From an uncultured Candidatus Binatia bacterium (GTDB lineage: Bacteria; Desulfobacterota; Binatia; UBA9968; JAJDTQ01): a stretch of DNA of 64,000 nt. Both the position numbers and the translations under genes were made by a program. The notes beneath the pieces were generated by a model. That model had not been told where the DNA came from. It searched no databases and saw nothing but the letters and a program-made list of their open reading frames with translations. Below are positions 25,883 through 36,013 of the stretch, one piece after another. Location of the stretch: the NCBI GenBank assembly GCA_965215605.1, contig OZ244070.1:608001-672000 (forward strand), written 5' to 3'. Position 1 is the first letter of the stretch. Each line of letters starts with the position of its first letter.

Positions 25883-26553
25883 CCACGCCCCATCTTGCGC
25901 GCCATCATGCCCTCCAGCCAGCGCATGGAAGGCGAGATCAAGAGCCGCGCCATGACGTAGTAGATCACCAGCGCGGTGCCGAACGCCTCGGCCGACAGAA
26001 ACGTGTAACCGTTGATCTGCTTGGCCTGAAACATGAGGTCGGTCACCGAGATCAGGGCCACCAGCGCGGTGGCCTTGAGGAGCTCGATCAGGAGGTTGCC
26101 CCAGGGCGGGAGCATGATCAGGAAGGCCTGGGGCAGGATGATGCGCTGCATCCGCGTCCAGGGCGACAGGTTAAGCGCCAGCGCGGCCTCATATTGACCC
26201 CGGGGCACGGCCTGGATGGCGCCCCGCACCACCTCCGCCCCATAGGCGCCCAGGTTCATCCCCACCGCCACGAAACCGGCGACGAACTTCTCAAGGGTGA
26301 GCCCGAACAGGGGCAGCACGAAGAAGATCCAGTAGAGCTGGATGAGGAGCGAGGTGCCGCGGAAGACCTCGATGTAGCACGTGGCCGTGCCGCGCACCGC
26401 GGCGTTGGGCGAAAGCCGCATCAGCCCCATCACCAAAGCGATGACCACCGCCAGCGCCGCCGCCAGCACGGTCTGCTGCGCCGTCACCACGACACCTTCG
26501 GCCAAGCGCCAACCGTGTGTCGCGAGGAAGTCGAAGTAGGACATCGGGTTCAC
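25879..26553 (-). CDS. ehuC: Ectoine ABC transporter permease
   Basis: YIEVFRGTS..QLYWIFFVLP, GAYGAEVVRGAI, NLLIELLKATAL. Confidence 0.85.
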   Translation of the reverse strand: MNPMSYFDFLATHGWRLAEGVVVTAQQTVLAAALAVVIALVMGLMRLSPNAAVRGTATCYIEVFRGTSLLIQLYWIFFVLPLFGLTLEKFVAGFVAVGMNLGAYGAEVVRGAIQAVPRGQYEAALALNLSPWTRMQRIILPQAFLIMLPPWGNLLIELLKATALVALISVTDLMFQAKQINGYTFLSAEAFGTALVIYYVMARLLISPSMRWLEGMMARKMGRG

Positions 26554-26685
26554 CCGCCAGCGCGATCAGGAGCGGTCACGCGTCCGGATCAACAGCGGTC
26601 GCGGTCATGCGCGGCCGCACACCGGTTTCAAGCAGCGGGGCCCGGGCCGCTGCCGCCTTACCCCGTGGGCGGGGCCGCGGCGGGC

Positions 26686-27558
26686 TCAGCGGTTGGCGCA
26701 GGCGAATGCCGTGCTGCCGTCACCGGGAAGCTGCGCCTTGGTGTAGTCGTACTCCTTGACCGCGGCCATCATCTTGTCCGAGCCCAGGTGCTTGGCCAAG
26801 GCTTCGTTGAACGCCTTCAGGAAGGCCGTGTCGGACTTGCGGAAGCCGATGCCGACCCAGTTGTAGGTCCACTCCGGCTGTTTCGAAGGATCGCTGACAT
26901 CCACCGCGCCGCCACTCTTCTTCACCAGCGCGTTCGCCGTGAAAAACGTCACGCCGCCGGCGTCCGCGCGTCCGGCCCGGACCGCCGCCAGGATCTCCGT
27001 GGGGCCCGGCACCTGCATGACCTGGGCGTCGGGGACTCCCTCCTTCTTCGCCGCCTCCACGATGTTGTAGCCGGCGCCGGTCACCAGTATGGCGTTCTGC
27101 TTCTTGACGTCCTGGTAGTTGTGCAGGTTCTTGGGATTGCCCTTCGCCACGATGAACGCATCGCCGAAGATCCCGATGGGATCCGAGAAGTTGATGTTCT
27201 GGCAGCGGCTCTTGAGGATGTACATGCCGCCGGTAATGACGTCGAAGCGGTTGGCCTTGAGGCCGGGAATCAAGCCGCCCCAATCGGTGACCACCGGCTG
27301 GATCTTGGTGATCCCCATCTCGTTCAGAACGCCCATGGCGATGGCGTTCACGAAGCCCTTGGGCACGTTGTTGTCCCCCGGATAGGCCCAGGGAATCTCG
27401 TTGGCGAAGCCGATCCGGACGGTCTCGCCCGCCTTGGCCTTCTCCAGCAGCGACTCGGCGCTGGCACTGCCTGGCGACAGGCTTGCGCCCATCGCGGCCA
27501 CTGCCAGGGCCACGACCGTTCTCGACAGGAAACCTCGGGCAATTCGACCACTCATCAC
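26686..27558 (-). CDS. ehuB: Ectoine ABC transporter substrate-binding protein
   Basis: Signal peptide; RIGFANEIPWAY, DWGGLIPGL.A.RFD..TGGMYI...RC. Confidence 0.85.
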   Translation of the reverse strand: MMSGRIARGFLSRTVVALAVAAMGASLSPGSASAESLLEKAKAGETVRIGFANEIPWAYPGDNNVPKGFVNAIAMGVLNEMGITKIQPVVTDWGGLIPGLKANRFDVITGGMYILKSRCQNINFSDPIGIFGDAFIVAKGNPKNLHNYQDVKKQNAILVTGAGYNIVEAAKKEGVPDAQVMQVPGPTEILAAVRAGRADAGGVTFFTANALVKKSGGAVDVSDPSKQPEWTYNWVGIGFRKSDTAFLKAFNEALAKHLGSDKMMAAVKEYDYTKAQLPGDGSTAFACANR

Positions 27559-27852
27559 TCTTTCCTCCTCTTTCGGCGAGCCTGGGGAGACGCACGCCTG
27601 CGCGCCTCACCGCGTCGGGGGTCCTTTCCGGGAACCCGTGACTGGTGTGGAATAACACCGTGAAAGGGCCGCACCCTACCAAGACCGCGCCGGGTGTGCA
27701 ACCGCGGCAAGCCGGACCGCGGCAACCCGTTCCCGCGCCTTTCCCGCAAACCGCTTGCGTTCTCGCGACTTTACGGTTGACACGGGCGGGCCTTGTTGAT
27801 AGCCGTAGCCGCTCGGTCGCATCCGGACCGAAACAGACAAGGAGGTTGCACT

Positions 27853-28899
27853 ATGTTTCGCAGAATGTTTCGCAGAATCGTGTTGCTCGCAGCGCTGTTG
27901 GCGCTCGTGCTGGTCCACGCCCCGGCGGGCGCCGAAGATTTCTACAAGGGCAAGGCCCTGCGCATGCTGGTGGGCTTCTCCCCCGGCGGCGGTTACGACA
28001 CGTACACCCGCTACATCGCCCGTTACATCAGCAAGTACATTCCCGGAAAACCGACTCCGGTGGTCCAGAACATGCCCGGGGCGGGGAGTCTGATCGCCGC
28101 CAGCCACATCTACAAGCGGGCCAAACCGGACGGCAAGACCCTGGGGGTATGGAGCCCCGCGCTTATCTTCGCCAAGGCCATGGGCGACAAGAAGGTACGG
28201 GTCGAGCCGACGGAGTTCGAGTACATCGGCACCCCGACGTCGGACTCGGTTGCCTGCGGCCTCATGGCGGCCTCCGGGCTCAAGTCCCTGGACGACGTCA
28301 TCAAGTCGGGCAAGGTGGTGACCATGGGCGGCACCCGCGCGCCCGGGAACACCACCGATCCGTTCCTGTTCCTCAACAAGGAACTGGGGACCAAGTTCAA
28401 GAGCATCCCGGGCTACGGCGGCACCGCGACGATACGGCTGGCCATGGAGTCGGGCGAGATCGACGGCGCGTGCTGGACCTGGGAGTCCATGAGGGTCACG
28501 GCCCGAGGCATGCTCGACGCCCCTCCGGACAAGCGGCTCATTCCCTTCATCATCACCAAGCGGCACGCCGACCCCGAGGTGAAGGACATCCCGCTCTTCT
28601 CGGACGTCCTCAAGGGTGAGAACCTCGCCGCCTTCAATGCCTGGAACGGACAGAACAAGATCACGCGGGTCTACACGCTGCCGCCGGGGACGCCCAAGGA
28701 ACGGGTCGAGATCCTGCGGAAGGCTTACAAGGCGGTGATGGAGGACCCGGACTTCCTGGCGGAGGCGAAGACGGCGAAGCTCAACATCGACTACGTATCG
28801 CCCAAGGACATCGCGGATGCGTTGCACTCCATCAACAACATGCCGCCCAAGATCAAGGAATATCTTCAGATCCTGACGGGCTTCAAGAAGGCGAAGTAG
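27853..28899 (+). CDS. Bug/TctC tripartite tricarboxylate transporter substrate-binding protein
   Basis: Signal peptide; GFSPGGGYDTY.R, QNMPGAGS, PDG.T, GYGG...LAMESGEIDG; GGAGG RBS. Confidence 0.9.
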   Translation: MFRRMFRRIVLLAALLALVLVHAPAGAEDFYKGKALRMLVGFSPGGGYDTYTRYIARYISKYIPGKPTPVVQNMPGAGSLIAASHIYKRAKPDGKTLGVWSPALIFAKAMGDKKVRVEPTEFEYIGTPTSDSVACGLMAASGLKSLDDVIKSGKVVTMGGTRAPGNTTDPFLFLNKELGTKFKSIPGYGGTATIRLAMESGEIDGACWTWESMRVTARGMLDAPPDKRLIPFIITKRHADPEVKDIPLFSDVLKGENLAAFNAWNGQNKITRVYTLPPGTPKERVEILRKAYKAVMEDPDFLAEAKTAKLNIDYVSPKDIADALHSINNMPPKIKEYLQILTGFKKAK

Positions 28900-29347
28900 G
28901 CGCCATACCCTTCTTCGTCAGCTCCGCGACGGCGTCCGGAGTCTTCTTCAATCCGTCCAAGCCCATGCCGCTGAGCACGTTGGGCGCCTTGGAGAACTGG
29001 ACGTCGTCGTAGGGCACTACCTCGATGCGGTTGCCCCAGGGGTCGCGGAAGTTGAGGCGCTGGTCCAGGGTCTGGACGCCCAGCCGCTCCAGGGCGGCCC
29101 GCACCGGCGTCCGGTCGTCCACAACGAAACCGAAATGGCGCTTGCCGTCGGCCTGCTGGGTCTTGCCGAGGCTCAACTGGATGAACTGGTCGCCGAGGTC
29201 CACGAAGGCGTTGTGGTCGCTCCGGCCCCGCAGGGTGAAGTCGAAGATGGCCCCGTAGAACTCCAGCGCTTGGTCCAGGTCTCCCACTTCCAGCACCACG
29301 TGATTGATGCCCATGGCCCGGGCCTTCTTGGGCGCGTCCTCGCTCAT
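28883..29347 (-). CDS. VOC/glyoxalase family protein
   Basis: GINHVVLEVGDLDQALEFY, HFGFVVD, FRDPWGNRIEV. Confidence 0.88.
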   Translation of the reverse strand: MSEDAPKKARAMGINHVVLEVGDLDQALEFYGAIFDFTLRGRSDHNAFVDLGDQFIQLSLGKTQQADGKRHFGFVVDDRTPVRAALERLGVQTLDQRLNFRDPWGNRIEVVPYDDVQFSKAPNVLSGMGLDGLKKTPDAVAELTKKGMAPTSPS

Positions 29348-30309
29348 GGCCCCTCCTTTCCGGTTTGAGCCTGCTCTTCCGTGGCCATCCTCCCCTGCCC
29401 CGCGTGGTTCTCGAGGATCCATCGCGCGATCTCGTCACGCCGGGCGAACCAGACGTCCGAGAATGACTTGGCGTACCGGATCGCCTCGTCGTAGAGCTTG
29501 CCGGTGGCCGGGAAAGCCATCTGGCAGTGCATGGCCAGGGTCAGCATCTTGGGATGGGTGGCCGACTCCTCGTAGAGGATGTCGAACTCGTCCCGGAAGG
29601 CCTGCAGAAGATCGCTCGCGCTCTTGCCCCGCCTGTACATACCGGTATCGTTCAAGCCGCTGATGGCGTTCTTGTACGGAATCACCACCATGGTCTTGCC
29701 GGCCGCTTCCACCAGGTAGGGAACGTCGTCGTTGACCGCGTCGCCGTGCCAAGTGAAGCCTTCCTCCGCCAGAAGCCCCAGGGTGTTCTCGGTATGCCGC
29801 ATGCCCGACGACAACCAGCCCGAGGGGCGGACGCCCACGAGGTCCTCGAACGTCTTCCCGCAGGCGCGTATCTCTTCCCGTTCCTCGTCCCGGGTGAGCA
29901 GCACGAGTTGCACGTCCTCGGCGTAGCTGTGGGCCACCACCTCGTGGCCGTCCTCGTGGACCTTCTTCACCGCTTCGGGGTAGCGCACCGCGCAGAGCGC
30001 GTTGGTGTTGAAGGACGCCTTGACGCCGTACTTCTCCAGGATGCGCAGAATGCGCCACACGCCGGTGCGGCCGCCGTAGTCGTTCTCGCTGGCAGTGCGG
30101 AAGTCATACGGGCAGCGGACGTCATCGGCGGTCAGCGGGTTGGAGCCGCCGACGTGGCGCGTGCGCCGCAGCTTCGGGTCGGGCGTCTCCGTCCACGCTT
30201 CCAGGTTGCCGGCCAGCGCCACCGCGATGCGGGCGCCGCCGGGCCAGCGGATGTCGAGCTTCGCGGCCCTGGAGAACACGTCGTAGAAGGAATCGTGTTG
30301 GGGAATCAT
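29344..30309 (-). CDS. Polysaccharide deacetylase family (PuuE-like) hydrolase
   Basis: WPGGARIAV, DYGGRTGVWRIL, GHEVVAHSY, RPSGWLS, DDVPY, LAMH. Confidence 0.88.
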   Translation of the reverse strand: MIPQHDSFYDVFSRAAKLDIRWPGGARIAVALAGNLEAWTETPDPKLRRTRHVGGSNPLTADDVRCPYDFRTASENDYGGRTGVWRILRILEKYGVKASFNTNALCAVRYPEAVKKVHEDGHEVVAHSYAEDVQLVLLTRDEEREEIRACGKTFEDLVGVRPSGWLSSGMRHTENTLGLLAEEGFTWHGDAVNDDVPYLVEAAGKTMVVIPYKNAISGLNDTGMYRRGKSASDLLQAFRDEFDILYEESATHPKMLTLAMHCQMAFPATGKLYDEAIRYAKSFSDVWFARRDEIARWILENHAGQGRMATEEQAQTGKEGP

Positions 30310-30345
30310 GGGTCTGCACCTCCGTCGCCCGCCGGCTGACCGCGG

Positions 30346-31401
30346 TCACATCTGCGCGGTGACGCCGTTGCGCGCGCACTCGTCTTCGTACATCTCCCGC
30401 AGCACCTTGTCCTCGTCCTCGAACTCGATCTGCTCGACGCCCCGCTCCTCGCCCTGCACCGCGGTGGAGGCATGGAGCGCCACGAAACGGCAGGGCTCCG
30501 GGCCGGTGTTGTAGTGCTGGTGCCAGCTTCCCGCCGGCGGCGAGATGACGGTGCCTTCCTGCCAGTCGAAGCGCTCGGGCTTCTCGCCCTCCTGCCACAT
30601 GAGGGAATAGCCGGTGGAATCGAGCATGTAGATATGGGCGCCGGGGCCGTGGCGGTGGGCCTTCTTGTAGGTCCCCACCGGGAACTGGGAGACATGGGCC
30701 AGCATGGTGCTGCCCGCCATGTGGATGTACATGTTGCGGTTGCCCTTGCCGCGCTTCTCCCGCGGAACCAGCTTGATGTCGCGGATGTTGCTGATGAAGT
30801 TGTTCTCCAGGATGCCGCCGTAATAGTCGGTGTTGTACTTTCCCTCCCGGCTGAAGAAGTCTTCCTGGGCGGGGTCGAAACGGTCCCGGAAGACGTGGTC
30901 GGTATTGAAGATGAAGTCCGGGTCCCGGTAGAGCTCGAAAACCACCGGGGCGCTGGTGAGGGCGAAGTAGCGCGCGCGGTCCGTGCCGCTGGCATTGAAG
31001 TGCTGGTGCCAGGCATTGAGCGGGATGGCGAAGAGGCTGCCGGCTTCCCACTCGAAGGTCCGCTTCCGGGCCTCGTCGTACCACACCGTGGTGGCGCCCC
31101 GACCCTCGGCGATGAGCACGATCTCCTCGAACAAATGCCGCTGGGGCTCGAGGCTCGCGCCGGCGGCGATCTCGCACACGTAGCCGTCCGCCACCCGCTG
31201 GTCCGAGAACGACAGGTAGGCGCCCTGGCCGCCGCGGCGCGGCCAGTCCCCCAGTTCCAGGGCGCGAACGTCCTGGACGTGGGAGCCGCTGACCACCGGC
31301 AGCCCCTCCGATTCGATCCACCGGTCATAGGCCCCGAACCGGTCGCCCATGAACTGCACATAGGGATGGACCTTGAACTCCACGACTGCCTTGGTGGCCA
31401 T
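30346..31401 (-). CDS. Bicupin protein
   Basis: PQRHLFEEIV...IPLNAWHQHFN and YKKAHRHGPGAH...WHQHYNTG; ATG at 31401 with AAGGAG RBS. Confidence 0.85.
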   Translation of the reverse strand: MATKAVVEFKVHPYVQFMGDRFGAYDRWIESEGLPVVSGSHVQDVRALELGDWPRRGGQGAYLSFSDQRVADGYVCEIAAGASLEPQRHLFEEIVLIAEGRGATTVWYDEARKRTFEWEAGSLFAIPLNAWHQHFNASGTDRARYFALTSAPVVFELYRDPDFIFNTDHVFRDRFDPAQEDFFSREGKYNTDYYGGILENNFISNIRDIKLVPREKRGKGNRNMYIHMAGSTMLAHVSQFPVGTYKKAHRHGPGAHIYMLDSTGYSLMWQEGEKPERFDWQEGTVISPPAGSWHQHYNTGPEPCRFVALHASTAVQGEERGVEQIEFEDEDKVLREMYEDECARNGVTAQM

Positions 31402-31500
31402 GGCCGACTCCTTCCGCAAACGGGGATGGAAACAGGCTATCGACTTTGGCGCGAGAATGCGAGCCGTGGCCGGCGTTGCGATTTCTGGTAAAGTGAGCGC

Positions 31501-33555
31501 ATGAAAACCAGCCAAACACCTCCCGTAGCCAAGGTCATCCCGCACGAATTCGAGCGCCACGGTCACCTGCGCACCGACAACTACTACTGGTTGAGAGACC
31601 GGGACAATCCGGACACGGTGGCCTACCTGGAGGCGGAGAACGGGTATACCAAGAACGCCATGGCCCACGTCCAGCCGCTGGAAGAGGCGCTGTTCGAGGA
31701 GATCAAGGGGCGCATCAAGCAAACCGACATGTCGGTGCCCTACCGGCGGGACGATTACTACTATTACACCCGCTACGAGGAAGGCCGGGAATACCCCCTC
31801 TACGCCCGCAAGCGCGAATCGCTGGAGAATCCCGAAGAACTCATGCTCGACGTCAACGTCCTGGCCGAGGGGCACGAGTTCTTCGCGGTGGGGAGGCTGG
31901 CGGTGAGCTTCGGGCAGGATCTGCTGGCGTACACCGAGGATGCCCAGGGACGGCGCATCTACACCATCCGTTTCAAGGACCTCGCCACCGGAGAAGCGCT
32001 GCCCGACGTCATCCCGGAGGTGACCAGCAACGTCACCTGGGCTAACGACGACCGGACGCTTTTCTACGCCAAGCAGGATCCCGAGACCCTGAGATCCTGC
32101 CGCATCTACCGCCATGTGCTGGGAACGGATCCGGCGGAGGACGTGCTCGTCTACGAAGAGGCCGACGATACCTTCTCGGCCCACGTGTTCAAGACCAAGT
32201 CGAAGCGATACCTCATGATCGTCTCCTCCCAGACCCTGAGCAGCGAGTTCCGCTATCTCGACGCCGGCGATCCCGCCGGAGCGTTCACGGTCTTCCTCCC
32301 GCGGGAACGGGGTCACGAACACGCCGTGGACCATTTCGAGGACCGCTTCTTCATCCACACCAACCACGAGGCCAGGAACTTCCGGCTCGTGTCGACGCCC
32401 CTGGACCGCACCGGCAAGGAACACTGGGAGGAGGTCCTGCCGCACCGTCCCGACGTGTTGCTGGAGGGCTTCGAGGTGTTCCGCGACCACCTGGTGCTGG
32501 AAGAGCGGCGGGACGGGCTGGTGCAGCTCCGGGTGATGCCGTGGGACGGCTCGCAGGAACACTACCTGGAGTTCGGCGAGCCCGCCTATCTGGCCGGCAC
32601 GAGCGTGAACCTGGAGTTCGACACCACGGTGCTGCGGTACGGCTACACCTCCATGACCACGCCGAGCTCCATCTACGACTACGACATGGTGACCCGTGAG
32701 AAGACCCTGCTGAAGCAGGAGGAAGTGCTGGGCGGGTTCGACGCCGCCGACTACCGCACCGAGCGGCTGCACGCGACGGCCGCGGACGGCGTCCGGGTGC
32801 CCATCTCGCTGGTGTACCGCCAGGGAATGGAACGGAACGGTGGAAGGCCGCTACTGCTGTACGGCTACGGCTCCTACGGCCACAGCCTGGACGCAACCTT
32901 CGGCTCCTCACGCCTGAGCCTGCTGGACCGGGGCTTCGTATTCGCCATCGCCCACGTCCGGGGCGGCGAGGAGATGGGCCGGGCGTGGTACGAGGACGGC
33001 AAGCTGCTCAACAAGAAGAACACCTTCACCGACTTCATCGCCTGCGCCGAGCACCTGGTGGAGCAGGGCTACACCGCTCCGGAGCGCCTCTTCGCCATGG
33101 GCGGGAGCGCTGGCGGCCTGTTGATGGGCGCGGTGGTGAACCTGCGTCCCGACCTGTTCAAGGGTGTGGTGGCGCAGGTTCCGTTCGTGGACATCGTCAC
33201 CACCATGCTCGACCCGGACATACCCCTCACCACCGGCGAGTACGACGAATGGGGCAACCCCAACGACAAGGGATACTACGACTACATGCTGTCGTACTCA
33301 CCCTACGACAACGTCGAGGCCGGCGATTACCCCCACATGCTGGTGACCACCGGCCTGCACGACTCCCAGGTACAGTACTGGGAGCCGGCCAAGTGGGTGG
33401 CCAAGCTGCGCGCCGTCAAGAAGGACAACAACCGGTTGCTGCTGAAAACCAATATGGAGGCCGGACACGGAGGCGCATCCGGGCGCTTCAAGCGCTATCG
33501 CGAGATCGCCCTGGAATACGCCTTTCTGTTGGATCTGGCGGGGGTCGAGGAGTAG
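31501..33555 (+). CDS. ptrB: Oligopeptidase B (S9A)
   Basis: DNYYWLRD, GYGSYG, HVRGGEEMG, GGSAGG nucleophile, HDSQV, GHGG. Confidence 0.95.
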   Translation: MKTSQTPPVAKVIPHEFERHGHLRTDNYYWLRDRDNPDTVAYLEAENGYTKNAMAHVQPLEEALFEEIKGRIKQTDMSVPYRRDDYYYYTRYEEGREYPLYARKRESLENPEELMLDVNVLAEGHEFFAVGRLAVSFGQDLLAYTEDAQGRRIYTIRFKDLATGEALPDVIPEVTSNVTWANDDRTLFYAKQDPETLRSCRIYRHVLGTDPAEDVLVYEEADDTFSAHVFKTKSKRYLMIVSSQTLSSEFRYLDAGDPAGAFTVFLPRERGHEHAVDHFEDRFFIHTNHEARNFRLVSTPLDRTGKEHWEEVLPHRPDVLLEGFEVFRDHLVLEERRDGLVQLRVMPWDGSQEHYLEFGEPAYLAGTSVNLEFDTTVLRYGYTSMTTPSSIYDYDMVTREKTLLKQEEVLGGFDAADYRTERLHATAADGVRVPISLVYRQGMERNGGRPLLLYGYGSYGHSLDATFGSSRLSLLDRGFVFAIAHVRGGEEMGRAWYEDGKLLNKKNTFTDFIACAEHLVEQGYTAPERLFAMGGSAGGLLMGAVVNLRPDLFKGVVAQVPFVDIVTTMLDPDIPLTTGEYDEWGNPNDKGYYDYMLSYSPYDNVEAGDYPHMLVTTGLHDSQVQYWEPAKWVAKLRAVKKDNNRLLLKTNMEAGHGGASGRFKRYREIALEYAFLLDLAGVEE

Positions 33556-33562
33556 CGGATCC

Positions 33563-33582
33563 GGGCGGGTTGTGAAACCCGC
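33563..33582. repeat. REP-like hairpin between convergent genes
   Basis: GGGCGGGTTGTGAAACCCGC; similar to 54099-54123. Confidence 0.5.
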
Positions 33583-33584
33583 GC

Positions 33585-34532
33585 TTACTTGTCCTCGTCG
33601 TCCTCGTCCATCGACATGGCCTTCAGGTGCTTGTCGATGGTGGTGTAGCCCTTCCACTGGTCCACCAGCCAGTAGCGGATGCCGAACTCGAACCGGAGCT
33701 CCCGGCTCTCGCCGTCGCTGGGGTTGAAGTGCTGGTGGTGCATCATGCCGGGAGGGACATGGACCGCATCGCCCTGCTCCCACGTGTACTGCTTGCCGCC
33801 GATCTCCGAGTAGCCGGCACCCTTCAGGGCATAGAGATACGCCTCCGGATGGGCGTGGCTGTGGCTCTTGGAACGGGGCAACTCCACGAAGATCGAGCTG
33901 ATGGCCGCTGCCGTGGCCTTGAAACCGTTGCGGTTGCCGCTCCGCCCCATGAGGAAGTAGGTGGCGCCGTGCTTGGACTCGGCCGAAAGCTCGTGCTGGT
34001 CCTGGTGCATGGAGATGCGCCGCCCGTCCTCCGGCCAGTCCTGGGATTCCTCCGCGCCGATGGCGGCCAGCGTCGCCGGATCGGTGGCGCCGCAGTCCTC
34101 GAACTGGTCCATGCGGCCCATGTACACCGACGCCTCCAGGTGCCAGGCCAACCCGGAGATATAGCCCACCGGGACATCCCCCGTGTTGAACAACTGGTGC
34201 CGGGACCGGTAGGGCACGTGCAGGACGGTGCCCGGGCCGAAGTCATAGCGCTTGCCGTCCAGGACCATGCAGCCCGTGCCGCTCTCGACGTAGATGGCTT
34301 CCTCGCCGTGGCTGTGGCGTCCGGTGTGCCAGCCCACCGGGATCTCCGCCCGCATCATCATGCTGCCGCCGGTGGGAAAGCCCAACTCCGGCGCAATCAT
34401 CAACGCCGCCTTGGCGTCCTGCCGCGTCCGGACCCACTCGAGATCCTTGTGGCGCGCCACCCGGGGCGCGTTTTCCACGAACTCCTCGTTCCGTTCGGTC
34501 GCGTTCAGCCATTCGCTGTAGAAATCACTCAT
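33585..34532 (-). CDS. Bicupin protein
   Basis: HTGRHSHGEEAIYV...HQLFN and SHSHAHPEAYLY...HHQHFN; ATG at 34532. Confidence 0.85.
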   Translation of the reverse strand: MSDFYSEWLNATERNEEFVENAPRVARHKDLEWVRTRQDAKAALMIAPELGFPTGGSMMMRAEIPVGWHTGRHSHGEEAIYVESGTGCMVLDGKRYDFGPGTVLHVPYRSRHQLFNTGDVPVGYISGLAWHLEASVYMGRMDQFEDCGATDPATLAAIGAEESQDWPEDGRRISMHQDQHELSAESKHGATYFLMGRSGNRNGFKATAAAISSIFVELPRSKSHSHAHPEAYLYALKGAGYSEIGGKQYTWEQGDAVHVPPGMMHHQHFNPSDGESRELRFEFGIRYWLVDQWKGYTTIDKHLKAMSMDEDDEDK

Positions 34533-34791
34533 CGGTTCCTCCGCTCGGGCCGTCCCGTACACGTCCCGGCCAACCCTCGTTTGCTTGAGCCTTCTTAGAC
34601 GAATTCCAACCCCACCACAAGAACACGGGCCGGCTGTTTGACATTCCAACCATCATGAACTAATGAAATTGACCGTTCAACAAACATCCAAAGAGAAACC
34701 GACCCTGGGGAGCTGACCCCACTCTTCTCCCCGCCCGACCGGGATCGGTTCAGTACAACCCTCTCTTGTGCCCGAGGGGTGAAGCAAATAC

Positions 34792-35745
34792 ATGGACAGT
34801 TCCTGTTTCTCGTCAGTTCGGGACGATAACGCCGCTGGCGCCAACGCGCAGCAATGGCAGTTCGCGTACCGTGAAGCCCTGAGTCCATACATCATCAGAC
34901 GGATCCTGATCATCGTCGGCCTCTACCTCGGTTCGTACAGCGCCATCTGCCCCCTGGGCACCAACGACGCCCCATGGGTTCAGCGCCTGGCCTATTTCGG
35001 CCTGTGTGCGGTCTTGTGCACCCCGCTGTGCCACGCCGAGTACGTGGTGACGCTCTACCTCACGCGGTTCTGGACGAAATGCCGCATCGCGTTCGCGGTT
35101 TCCGCGTACACACTGATCGCCGCGTCGAGTTCCACCGCCATCGCGTACGGAGTCGACACGATGTTCCATAGGGAACTCGCCGCCTACGGTTTACCGGTGG
35201 TGCTCCTGTTCATGACGCTGTCCGTCGTGCTGTGCACCGCGGTCGTCCACTACCTGGTCGCCCAACGCGTGAGAGAGGAATCCGCTGGTGCTCCGGAAAC
35301 GGAGCCGGTTCCCGGACCGGCTCCGCCCGACCTTCCCGCCAGCCGCCCGGAGAGCCGGGCGGAACCCCTCCCGGCAACCCTGCAAACCCCATCCCTGTTC
35401 CTCGACCGCGTGGACCCGGAGATCGGGCGGGACGTCATCTTTCTCAAGATGAGCGATCATTACGTGGAGGTCGTCACCGCCAGGGGCCGCTGCGCCATCC
35501 TGATGCGTTTCACCGACGCCGTCGCGGAACTCGGCGGCGAGGGCGTTCGCGTCCACCGTTCCTACTGGGTCGCTTACCGCCATGTGCATGGTTGGACGAG
35601 ACGCAACCAACGCACGGCGCTGCGGCTCGACGGCGACCACGTGGTTCCGGTCAGCCGTACCTACCTCGGCGCCGCACGGGCAGCGCTCGATCGTTATCGC
35701 GCCAGCGTCCACGCCACCGGCCGTCCACCCTCCGAGCACGCTTGA
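34792..35745 (+). CDS. Membrane-anchored LytTR-family regulator
   Basis: 4 TM segments, Pro-rich linker, LytTR domain (DHYVEV, GVRVHRSYWVA, VPVSRTY). Confidence 0.85.
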   Translation: MDSSCFSSVRDDNAAGANAQQWQFAYREALSPYIIRRILIIVGLYLGSYSAICPLGTNDAPWVQRLAYFGLCAVLCTPLCHAEYVVTLYLTRFWTKCRIAFAVSAYTLIAASSSTAIAYGVDTMFHRELAAYGLPVVLLFMTLSVVLCTAVVHYLVAQRVREESAGAPETEPVPGPAPPDLPASRPESRAEPLPATLQTPSLFLDRVDPEIGRDVIFLKMSDHYVEVVTARGRCAILMRFTDAVAELGGEGVRVHRSYWVAYRHVHGWTRRNQRTALRLDGDHVVPVSRTYLGAARAALDRYRASVHATGRPPSEHA

Positions 35746-35892
35746 CAGTCGTCACGGGCGGAGTCTATAAATGAGGCTCGCTCGGAAGGTCATGCGGAAC
35801 GTCAATGCCTTGGCGCGGTCCAAGAGTGCTCCTGCCCGGCCGCGCCGTCCTGGGTTCCCAGCAGCGACATCGTCCGTTCATGAAATCCTAAG

Positions 35893-35918
35893 GAAATGAC
35901 GCCTCGAGGCGTCATTTC
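35893..35918. promoter_or_regulatory. Perfect 26-bp palindrome upstream of the LLM operon
   Basis: GAAATGACGCCTC|GAGGCGTCATTTC, about 95 bp before ATG 36014. Confidence 0.55.
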
Positions 35919-36013
35919 GAGCACTTGCATCGGTGAGCCGACCCCCGCGTCTGGCGCGGGGCGGCAATTCGTTTCGTGTCTACGACCACAAGGAACCGCA
36001 AGGAGGTTTGAGC

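Noticed and set aside
27853-27878. Tandem ATGTTTCGCAGA x2 at the TctC start
   Set aside because: In-frame 12-bp duplication in the signal peptide n-region; too short to imply phase variation.
30346-32772. 808-aa minus-strand ORF
   Set aside because: The upstream ~457 codons are the antisense shadow of ptrB; the real cupin starts at 31401 with an RBS.
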